Source: Balanoglossus misakiensis
Taxonomy: Eukaryota; Animalia; Hemichordata
NCBI GenBank assembly: GCA_040954595.2
Contig: CM082593.2
Span: 5,349,434-5,413,433, forward strand
Direction: 5' to 3'
DNA: 64,000 nt
Below the pieces are notes generated by a model. The model had not been told where the DNA came from and ran no database searches. It saw only the letters and a program-made list of their open reading frames with translations. A program made the translations under genes and the position numbers. Positions 53,769 through 64,000 of this stretch are shown here, piece by piece. Within the stretch, counting starts at the first letter, position 1; each line of letters begins with the position of its first letter.

Positions 53769-55617
53769 TTTTTCATTTAAAGACATGATCTCATGTAAGC
53801 TAAAACGCCACCCAGTGCAATAAACTCTGAGTGAAAGAGAACACAAAGTTTGATTCTAAATAAAGAAGAATACGCGGTTGACAAGCAGAACCGTGACTGG
53901 CATTTTAGCTTGTTACGGAGTTACAGTGAAATCTATAGTTATTTTATACACACATCTGTTTAGTGTAAACGAATAAATCCGCGTCACTAATAATGCGTTC
54001 TCTTTTTGTTGTTTTTCTACTCCAAGTCCAATAACGTCTCTCCAGACAGCTATGATATACATGTATACCGTCACTGCTGTGCGCAGGGTTTAATGGCCTG
54101 GTCTATATTAATTACTAGTACATGTATTACTTGCAAGAATTGACGTACCAGCATTGTTTTAATTTCTGGCAGTCACGAACAAGGGCAGCCCGTTCCCGGG
54201 GGTACTCCCATACAAGAGCCAAACAGACCCGCATTTTCACGCTGTCATGCCATCACACCCGGCAATAGCGCCCCCTAAATCTACCAGAGTACATCCCCTG
54301 TATAAACGAAAGTGATCGTCGATGCCCTTGTTTGAGAGCGTTGTCTATGCCAAGAGTCCAATCGGTTGACCTTTTCATTGCATTCCGTCCACTGCAAATC
54401 GTCCTTGACGATTTTTCACGTGAGACAGGCCGTGAAACGTCTGTATCCAAACAGTCAGATCTAAAATTGGACGGCGATTGCCCAGGGCGTGAAAATCTGG
54501 TGTTTCAAGGAACCATCTCGCCGCCCGTTTTCTTAAAATTTGGTATATGTGTCTAGATTTAACACGTCGCGCAAACTTGGATGAATAGTTGTTGTCGTGT
54601 CATCTAATGACCACCAAGCAGCGAAAGAGCGTGGCTATATCATACAATGACTCGGCATTTTAGTGAGTAGCTAAAAATAATTTAGGGATGATGTGAAACT
54701 TTAGCATAGCGACGAATTCTAGTCTTTGCCCTGGTAAACATACAGAACCAGGCTTAACCCAACTTCGCCTGTAGCTTCTCCCAGTCTAAGTACGCAAGCA
54801 CGAACTACTTCACTTAAAAAGTTATCTGCGACCTGTTTTTGTTATCAAACCCTTCACGAAACTATTATTACACATGAACACGGTAACCTGGGACTTTCCC
54901 AGTTTAACTACGCATGCGCGTATTACTTCATTTAAACCACGTGAGAACTTTGTGACCGTGGTTCACTTAACCTGTGAACCCTCTTTCCTTTGGTTTCATC
55001 GTACTTCTGCTGGGTTAGATTTTTCTTGCAAACATTTCACAGCCCAACCAAGTTTATTTTTATCATGGACAGAAGTAAAAGTCAATAAAGTTGGCTTTAA
55101 TCTCAGTTGTCCGAGGACAGGACCTATCCTTGCTAAATTGCGTGCCCCACGGCAAAATAGTTTGGCTTGATCATCAGTGTGAACAGCGACTGACTCAGAG
55201 GGATAGCCTCCTATATCGAACATGCCATTTCAGCAAAGTCCACTCATTACACAAAGTCAGGTGACGGCACATCACGGCATACCACTTATGTCAGTGAATA
55301 TAAACGAGGCCTTTCTTGACACGGGTCACGGACTTCAGATCGTCTGCATGAACAATCACACTATAAATTCAGTGCGTTCTAAGCTATAAATGAGACAGTA
55401 ACTGCATATGTTTTGTCGTCTCGTTTTGTCGTCTCCATGACTGAGATAGATTATTGCTCTGTGGACTTATAAATAATATTTGTAGAAGAAAACTTGATTA
55501 ATAATTTTATTAAAACACTTCCTTTCTAAATGTCGTGTTTTCTATCGCGCTATTGATATTATAAGCAATCTAGAGGGCCTTGATGCCATAACTTAGTTTT
55601 GGAATGATGATCCAAGC

Positions 55618-55648
55618 GGAAATTCCCTTCCGAAACTTCAATATAAAA
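55618..55648 (+). promoter_or_regulatory. Mx core promoter: NF-kB site and TATA box
   Basis: GGAAATTCCC 55618-55627 (reverse complement GGGAATTTCC) and TATAAAA 55642-55648, about 90 bp before ATG 55737. Confidence 0.6.
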
Positions 55649-55736
55649 AGCGTGGGTGTAAAACCAGTACGAGACACAGGTGTTAAAGTCACTGACGCGG
55701 TTCAACTATATTCAGTGCAGCAAGCAAGCAGCAAGC

Positions 55737-58700
55737 ATGGCTACCAAAGTGAAAAGTCACGGCGTAGACACCGACGACTTCTGCATGGAGAACGGGTCGC
55801 GACCGACGATGCCCTACCTGTCGGCCGCCTACCAGGACCGCATTCGCCCCTGCATCGACCTGGTCGACTCGCTCCGGCGGATCGGTCTGGACCGGGACGT
55901 GGACCTGCCGGCGGTCGTCGTCATCGGCGACCAGAGCGTCGGCAAGAGCTCGGTGCTGGAGGCGATATCGGGCGTACAGTTACCGCGAGGCACAGGTACG
56001 GCAATGATTTTAGCCTCTCGAGAACAGTTCAGGCTGTTTAAACGAGTTTTCGTGGGGATACATTTAGCCATACCGGCGTAATTCAAGTTAAGACAAATAA
56101 CTTTTAAAAACAGAAATTGGTCGTTATGTTGATATGTTGTATTTCTGACATATAACCTCCATCTTTCCCATTTCAGAAATTGTTACGCGGTGTCCGGTGG
56201 AGTTGAGGCTGAAGACGCTGGATGAAAATGACTGGCGTGGAAGAATTCGCTACACAAGCTACTCCAGAGAGACAGTTGACAAGTACATCGATCACCCTGA
56301 CAACGTCGGGGCTGAGATCAGAGATGGTTAGTTCGTCATCTTAATTTATTTCGTTTGATGGATTTTAAAAGGCAGACAAAGTGAATCTTACAGTGGAACG
56401 ATTATTAGACGTGCCTGATTAGTAATCCTAAATTAAATTATGCACTGACATTCAATAATTCGGGTATTATTTCGGGTCGGGTGCAGCCCTTTATTGTCGG
56501 ACGTATTATTTGGAAAGCACTGCTGCCCAAGTGAGTTAATGGAGGTCAAAAACCGTCTGTAAGCTGCAGTGATTGTGAGGAATTGAAAATGGAACGATGC
56601 CAAGTAGCGATGGCCCGACCTCAACTCCAGGTCTCACAGTTCTGTTATAAAACTCACATGCTGGGGTCCTTTAACTCGCATCAGATTCAAACGAGATTCA
56701 AAAGGTTTGACGTGGAAGTTTCTATCGCAAACTATTCATCCGGATATGTTACTTCTCAGTTGAGATTGTTTGTTTTTATTTCCTGAGACTAAAACATCCT
56801 AGGCGTGAGCTGGTTTCGATAATTTGTTTGTCCTACTTCCCTTCCTCGCTGCATGATCTACTCAAATGTTTTATCTTTCTGACAAAGGGAAATCCCATAA
56901 AATGTATACTAGTATATGGGAGGGGTCTAATAGTATGAGATGTGAAGACTTGTCCATTTCTTGTTGATCTTATCTTTCTGATGGATTGCTTTTAATCCTT
57001 TCAGCTCAAAATAAAATCACAAACACCCAGAAGGGAATCAGCGAAAATTTAATCACAGTGGAAATAGAATCACCCCATGTTCCTAATCTGACACTGATCG
57101 ATTTGCCTGGCATCGCGCGAGTGGCTCTCGATGGACAGCCAGACAACATTGCAGAAAAGGTGAGTCGACTAATTTTGTCGTCTGCGTATAGACTCCCGCC
57201 GCCATTTTGTCGCGCGAATAATTTGACAGGTGCGTTGTTCATTGGAACCTGTGTATTTTACATACATGCCAATCTGTGACCAAACCATCACGTGAGATCA
57301 TGATTTTTGATGTTTATTTATGTGTTTCCAGATAAAGGCGCTTTTAAAGAAATTTATCGCAAAAGAGGAAACCATCATTCTATGTGTGATACCGTGTAAT
57401 GTTGACATTGCTACCACAGAAGCCCTTAACTTGGCACAGGAAGTTGACCCCACGGGAGCAAGGACCTTAGGTATGATCCAAACTACTACAACACCATCGT
57501 ACCCATGATACATTTCCCTCCGAGTGCGGTGAGAAAGTTGCCGATCCGAAATAATGTAAAAGTGCATTAGGCCTAATGTATGTGAGGTTTCGCCACACTG
57601 CTTTACAATGCAAGTGTTGGTTGGGCGTCATTTGTTGGGGTTGGTCACGGTGAATTTTTACACCAACAGAAAGCATGTGAGGTACATGAAAAGGCAGATT
57701 CTGTCGCCTGTTCCTCAAACGGCGCTAAAGCCTTGTATAATATTATAGCAAACTTACCTTTGGGCCTACTTGTAATGTTGGTGATGATTGGATGGATACT
57801 CATGCCTTGTTCCTGTGATGTCAACAGGTGTCCTGACGAAACCGGACCTGGTTGATGTAGGTGCAGAACCCATTGTCGTCAAAATCGCCCAAAACAAAGT
57901 CATCCCCCTGAAAAAGGGATACACAATCATCAAGTGCCGGGGACAAAGGAATGTTGAATCAAAACAATCACTGGACGATGCTATGGACGAGGAGGAGAGG
58001 TTCTTCAAAGAACACAAAATCTACAAGTATGTTTGCGTACTATGATTATAAGGCAGACTCTTATTTTTTCGTTACTCGAAACAACAGCATTAAACCTAGT
58101 CATAGATATTGCCTAGTGATCACTTATATATGATTAATTCACTCGAATAAAGCAATATTCTGATATGACTTAGAGCTGTTGACTTCTTCAATACTGACAA
58201 TGCATGTTAACAAATCTCGCTGAATTTGATCTCTCTTCAGCGTACTGTACCATGAAAGGTGTGCTGGGACGAGGGTACTGGCTAACAGACTGACTACCGA
58301 ACTCGTGGAGCAAATCAGGGTAAGCGCGGTGCTCTCATAGACAAATACTAGTAAAAGCTTGACTACAATTACGCATAATGTACATAAATAATGGACACCG
58401 TGTGATAACCATGCTATTCTTGAGATACAGACACACGGACGGACAGACATCGGTACACATAAACTCGTGTCAACATGTGAGCTAAAAATAATAAAACTAC
58501 ACAGACAGTTGCTACTTTGCTAAAGACACCCTTTTACAGTGCGTTTTATTTCTGAATTCAGAAATCAGTTCCCCAGTTACAACGTGGAATCAAAGACAAA
58601 CTGGAAGAGACTAAACAAGAATTGACTGCGCTCGGTGAAACAGTGCCAGTGGACTCTGTTCAAAGGATAGACCTACTTGTCCGGGTAAGTTATCTTCATT

Positions 58701-61700
58701 CAATGTAGAATATGGACTGGTAAATCAGCATCTCGACCTTCGACGAAAGACAGACCATGGTCTGGACCGCGTACAATCTGATTAAAATCAGATGTAGGGA
58801 ACGTCGACGTCTTTTACTTACGCGGTACGACCGCCGACGTAGAGAGACAGACCCACACAGCAGCATCTAACCTGTCCACGAACCGGAAGTACCTGTGAGC
58901 GAGATGGAGGCAAGGGCCTCTCTTTGACTTAGGCCCGGATGTTCAGTTGTTTGTTCATGTATTCCGCTCACATTTTCCCCCATCTTCACTTCAGATTCTG
59001 GGTCGATTCCCCGAAGACTTCCAGAACGCTGCAGATGGCGTCTACAAGAACGCCACCTGGGACAGAAGTCTGCGTCTTCAGACAATAGTGAAGAAACTTT
59101 ACGAAAAGTTTGCTGATGAACTGGAAGCGTTACAACCAAGTAGGTTTTTTACTCCACATGACAGGATTAAATAAGTTAACGATTTCTTGTTATTTCTTTC
59201 ATTAAACGTTTGAAAACCGTTGACCCTTCCGAACAAAGATGGAGGCAACTTTTTACTTCCGAGCCAATTAGGCTGCGATCGGATTCATCATACCACAGGA
59301 TATGACATCAGCATCAACAGATTTCGATCGGACAGCGTGGTTATGAAAACGTGCCTTCGCGGATGTAGTGAATTCTGAAATGCACAGCTGCAAATGGATG
59401 CACGGCCGTATGTGGTCTAATGAGGGTCTTGTAAATAAATAAAAAAAGAAATAAAAAATGATGAATTTCATTCGAATGATCGCAAAGCGGGCGACTGTGT
59501 TCCAAAATTAAAGTTTTCAAATCTATGAATACATGTACCAATCGAATCACCAGTCCGAAAAGGCTCCCTTCTCCAAATCTAAAACATTTTTTTAAAAATC
59601 GGTATCCTCGTACTCCACCATTTGACTAAAACCAGTAAGGTGACTCGTCTTTCTTTCTGAATCTTTTGGCAGAACCCCAGACGGTCACTGACACAGGGAC
59701 AATTCAGAACCCCTTGAAAGCACGAGGATCACCATCTAAGAATCAAAAACGAGACCAAGAGAACCCGCCTGAGACAAAAACAAAACTGAAAATCCAAAAC
59801 ACTGCAAAATCTCCCGAGACATTGCAGTCGAAAGACGCCTGTCCGTCAAAATCTAAGACAGCCAACGAGCAGATAATACATGAAACACCGAGTGTAAAAT
59901 CTTATAATCCGCCGGCCTCATCACAACCGGCGCACATGCTGGCCAAACCTGGCCAGACCATGCCAATCCTTCGCGGTGGTGACATTAGCCAAGACATTAG
60001 GAAACCTGGTAATGTTACAGCTTCCAAAGAAAAATCAGCCTCTAGGCCTATTCTACCTAGACCGGAGAGCAGCAAAAGCGCTACTTTACCTCCGTCGCTC
60101 CCGGACAACCGTGGTCTCTTTTCAACGAAAAATCGCTCCGCAACACTTCCGACAGCGCCAGACGACTGGGATTTGTTGGAGGACGACGGGTGTGGCAGTG
60201 GTATACAGGATGTACCGTCGTACGCGTATGTAGCTAAACAGCGGAAGAAGAACAGGTCAAAATTCTTCGGATCTCGCAGGCCTAAGGAGAGGGAAACGAA
60301 AGGTGGAGCTGAGGTGGCCCCCCGCAGAGATTTCCCGGATGCGAGGGAGAGGACGAAGCACAGTGACGCGAAACCTGCGCAGACCCGCTTCGATGTCGCG
60401 AGTGCTGGTCAGAAACCACAGAATGTAGCACGCTTTAGGGATGAAGTATCTCGAACAGAGTTCCAAACGACACCATACAGTCCTTTACAAGGTGCTGCGA
60501 TACCGGAACAAAGGAAAGAAAGTAGACACGATTCCGAGAGCGATGAGGAGCAGTATTATTCGCCGGACGAGTTGGTCGGCGGTGGCAAACAAACGACGCT
60601 GGCACAAGTGCACGTGCCGCAATCACCAGATCACTTGCGCCCGCTAGAGTCAGTTCGAGATGGCCACGTTGCTAGCCAACAGCAAACTCTTGACGCTGAT
60701 AGCGAAAGTGTGACCAGCGAAGATACGGTTGTTAGTTCAACGCGAGACGAGTTGGACAGTATGAAGGCAGATGAACAAATTACCCTCTTACCAGAAGGTA
60801 CAAGCAATAAACCGGGGCCTCCGCGATTTTAGCATACGCTAACATTACATGACATGGAAACAATATTTACAGAATCGCGAGATTCGTTTCGTAAATGTAA
60901 ACCTATCGTTTCTTTCTTTTTTGGTTCAAAGGCGACAGTCATCTGCCGGAAATAAAAGAAGAGATTCGTGAGCAGAAGGGTTTGGAACTTCCGCCGTTCG
61001 TCAAAGATCGAGTTATCTGCGAAAACCTCATCCGTCGTATCATCAAAGAATTCATCCCGCCAGCGGAGCGGCTGCTGCAGGCAGTCAACTTTGAAGTCGA
61101 GAGAGTCGGGCAAAAACTCGTCATGGACACTTATCTGCAGTTTCCACGGTTGCAGACAACAGTGATGGTAAGTTCACAGTCCTGCATGGCGTCGGCCGCG
61201 AACTTTGAGCATAGGCACTGGTTGTTGTCGTCTGCAACTTGACAAGCATGCCAGATCGTGCCAATATACGTTTCACGCACAGGTGTTTCACAGACTTGAA
61301 CTATTATAAAATAGTACAGTGTATGGTTATTCATCGACGTCGTCGCACATCATTTTATTCCACTCTTTTCTGTATCAGGGCAAATTCTGCGACCTTCAAC
61401 AACAAGCCGTACAGTTGACCAAAGAAGCCATCGACGTCAAATTCAAGATGGAAGACATGATCCAGACTCAGGACCGAATTTACCGGGACGTGGAGAAGCA
61501 GATGTTGCAGGCGCCCACCAGCGGCGCCTCGTCCTCCAGCAGTGAGCCGCCGGGCGGAAGCGGAAACTCTCCCGGCGAGAGTGACGAGATCCCGTACACG
61601 TACGACGAGGAGAGCGAAGCTAGAAAAATACTCCGGGCTTTACAAGTGTACCTGAAGGTAAGCACTAAACCCCGAGACAAGGAATCGCAACATACTCCCA

Positions 61701-62041
61701 AGTTTTCGTTTCAGGGAACGTGTGGTAAGGATTATTCCTGAACAGCACCTTTTGAGAGTGTATTGTTCCCAAAGTCCAAACGTGACCCTGTCTACTTTTA
61801 ATTTCTGCAAAAGGTGGCCACCAATCGTCTGATGGATGACATCCCGATGACCATCACCTACTACCTGCTGCGGGAACTGGCCAAGGAGATCAAGACGGAG
61901 ATGGCCAAGTTCATGATCCAAAAGGACTTCGACGAGTTCCTCAGAGAGGACCCGGCCATAGAAGAAAGACGCCTGGCTTTGGAGAACAAGAAAGAGCGCC
62001 TGGACAGGGCCAATAAAGAACTGGCTCTCTTCACGCTGTAG
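55737..62041 (+). CDS. Mx: Mx-family dynamin-like antiviral GTPase, 12 coding exons (1038 aa with the extra exon, 663 aa without)
   Basis: Exons 55737-55995, 56177-56326, 57005-57159, 57332-57470, 57828-58026, 58241-58319, 58562-58684, 58995-59139, 59673-60797, 60932-61167, 61379-61657 and 61814-62041, all GT-AG and in phase. Mx-type motifs: [72 protein letters not shown], and [16 protein letters not shown]. No PH domain or dynamin-type proline-rich C-terminus. Confidence 0.93.
59673..60797 (+). CDS. Extra 1125-nt symmetric (phase 1-1) Mx exon encoding 375 low-complexity residues
   Basis: Stop-free ORF inside Mx, in frame with both neighbouring exons. Acceptor tctttctttctgaatcttttggcag|AA and donor GAAG|GTACAA. 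Confidence 0.75.
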
Positions 62042-62610
62042 TCTGTACCAGAAAGCCTGATGAAACTCTTCCCTGCCTCCCTGGTCGGATGCGCCCTCTA
62101 CGGTCAACTCGATTTTAGTTTGGCACGCTTTGCACCAAAATAAGGGTAGTCACAACGTGGGGAGTTTCTGTTTCAAAATGAACTCAAAAACACTTCCCCG
62201 AACAAAGATCAAGCAGGCCATACCAATAGGCACACGCTACCGTGTGATATCGAACGGTAAACGCGAAACATTCAAAAATGGTGAAATCTACTTCAAGTTG
62301 ATAAATGAAGACTTTAGAAGAAACCAAATTATATATATACCCATGTATTTTTCATTTTGGGGCAATAATTGAATTGAATTTGAACTCTGGCTATACAGCA
62401 ACCTCTCAGATCACTCTTTATATCCAATTGCATTGTTCAAAGCGCACATATGAAACATTTCATATTCGTAGTCTAGTTTTAGAGGGGCATTCGTGGGTCG
62501 GTACATGTTCAGCGCAAGTTAATTATCACATAATAAAGCGTATATAATGCCAAAATTATAGGAAAAATAACTTAAGCTGTCTATATATGATTACTATTAT
62601 AGATTTTCTG

Positions 62611-62616
62611 AATAAA
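62611..62616 (+). terminator. Candidate Mx polyadenylation signal
   Basis: AATAAA about 570 nt after the stop codon, followed by T-rich sequence. Another AATAAA is at 62532. Confidence 0.45.
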
Positions 62617-62869
62617 GATTAATTTTCATTTGTTAACGAAGTTGTCATATTTTCCATCACACCAAAAAAGAACGTGGGAATTAAACTGGCAGACGGGGGT
62701 GGAAAATCTGTCTATCTGACATCGACAGCAGAGTATTAACTTACAACACAGCGCTCGTCTGAATGCACGAACTGTCTAAATAAATGACACAAAAACAGAG
62801 ATGCGATGAGTCAAGTTGTGATTATTTATTTTCGGTTTGTTAATTTTGTGATATTGGACAAAATATCCA

Positions 62870-63291
62870 TCTGTGTGTAGAGTGAAGTGGTGTCAACTTG
62901 TACGTGTAAAGTTCAAGCACGGGGCACTCGTGTGGCGCCGAGGAGCATCTTGGAGCTCAGTGAAATTCACGGTCCTCCCACACCACCTTCTCAAAGACTA
63001 TATGAGAAGGAAACGACAGATGGGTGAACACTTCCACTCAACAGTGCGTCTCGTTTCAAAACAACATCTGGCCACGAGGACAGCTAGACTCTCCCACAGC
63101 CCACGGTTCGCTACAACAAGGCTCTTCACTGACGCGCACTCAACCGTTTGGCAAGGGAGAAGCACCGTTTGGTGTTGTGTAGCGAACCTCTCGCCGGGCA
63201 CACATGCAATCAGACCTAAAGCCCGCACGGACAGCGAGAGGGGTTGTGAGAGGGTCTAGAGGACAGCAAGATCAACACGCGCACACACAGA
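62870..63291. ncRNA. Putative ~420-nt structured non-coding RNA of unassigned family
   Basis: At least eight mutually compatible nested helices, including pairing of the two ends and a 19-bp helix with G-U pairs. GGACAGC occurs three times. The segment is GC-richer than its flanks and has no credible ORF. Confidence 0.5.
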
Positions 63292-63302
63292 GCTTGCAAG
63301 AC

Positions 63303-63382
63303 CTCCATCTTGACTCGTGTCACGTGATTGGGTTCTTGCCCATGACTGCTTGCATAGCTGTATCACTCCGCGATTACGTCAT
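63303..63382. promoter_or_regulatory. Promoter-like motif cluster next to the structured element
   Basis: On the minus strand: YY1-like CAAGATGG, fused CCAAT/E-box CCAATCACGTGAC and CRE-like TGACGTAA within about 80 bp. Confidence 0.4.
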
Positions 63383-64000
63383 CCTACAGGTCGATCATGT
63401 TCTGTTGATCGCAATTTGTTGTAGTGGGGGTAATGAGGAACAGGTGTAGGGTGTACGTGTTTCAAGTTAAGTATTAAATTTCATCTAAAAGTTATTAGTG
63501 TTGTGCGCTATAAAAAATGTTCACGCTTTGATTTCCAAAATTCCAAACCCTGATTTGTTAAGTTTTTTGAGTTTAACAAAACCAAAATCAAGAAGAAAAT
63601 CTGTCCTGCCATTTCACACACAAGGGATAAAAATGGTGACAGTTCTTATAACTCTAACCCTACAGTAAGTATAAAAACATTTTCTAACAAAGAGACTTCG
63701 TTGACAGTCTCTGACATACCACCTTCTGCGAGTCAATATGACTCAAGAGGCTGATTGAGAAAAGAAATACTGATAAACAAATTCCTTGTACTCTGTATTA
63801 CGCAAAGAAGAAAACGTCTGAAACCTAGGTACTAGGTGAATCTTGCTTTTTGCAATTTACCGTCGTCCAGTTTTACTTCTTGTGCATTCGCTAGTAGCTG
63901 CATCACACATGCCACTGCTAATTACTAAACGTATTAATTTCCATCAGCCAACTCGTGGTAATTCAAGTGTCTGAGTTTGACAAGCCGTGGGAATCTCGGG

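Noticed and set aside
54196-54298. GGGGGTACTC...GAGTACATCCCC possible MITE termini
   Set aside because: The inverted repeat is short and gapped, and no TSD is visible.
62994-63210. U3 snoRNA resemblance (AAGACTATA ... CCACGAGGA at similar spacing)
   Set aside because: Boxes A (GATCATTTCT), B (GAGCGTGA) and C (TGATGA) are absent.
62873-63259. 128-aa plus-strand ORF and 76-aa minus-strand ORF
   Set aside because: Non-ATG starts and no domain. The composition is better explained by RNA structure.
63255-63306. 7SK resemblance on the minus strand (GGAGG start, GATCTTGCTG)
   Set aside because: The second GAUC and the 3' terminal hairpin and end-pairing of 7SK were not found.
63654-63662. CTAACCCTA telomerase-template-like 9-mer
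   Set aside because: Isolated, with no pseudoknot or H/ACA context, and outside the structured element.
1-64000. Prokaryotic systems (CRISPR arrays, operons, IS elements) and rRNA/tRNA genes
   Set aside because: None seen. The window has spliceosomal gene structure throughout, and most ORF-track entries are chance ORFs.

Overview
Intron-rich animal genomic DNA, about 40% GC, with no prokaryotic features. It is probably from an invertebrate, possibly a deuterostome such as a hemichordate, but that is inference. Four spliced protein-coding genes can be built by hand with consistent splice phases. (1) A minus-strand type I membrane protein with a mucin-like ectodomain and an apparent ~21.8 kb intron (24312 to ~1008 or 315). 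(2) A minus-strand 261-aa coiled-coil + filamin + MIB/HERC2 protein resembling a TRIM without RING or B-box (36164-34857). (3) An 8-exon S-adenosylmethionine synthase, MAT (40132-49332, 392 aa), with a GC-AG intron. (4) A 12-exon Mx dynamin-like GTPase (55737-62041). The most unusual observations are a frame-preserving 1125-nt extra Mx exon adding 375 disordered residues with LIR-, phospho-FFAT-, 14-3-3- and NLS-like motifs; IRF/ISRE and kB sites upstream of Mx and a triple IRF site upstream of the TRIM-like gene; a hairpin covering the MAT GC donor with a UACAG loop; and an unassigned ~420-nt multi-helix RNA-like element just downstream of Mx. All gene models come from manual reading only, with no transcript or database support.
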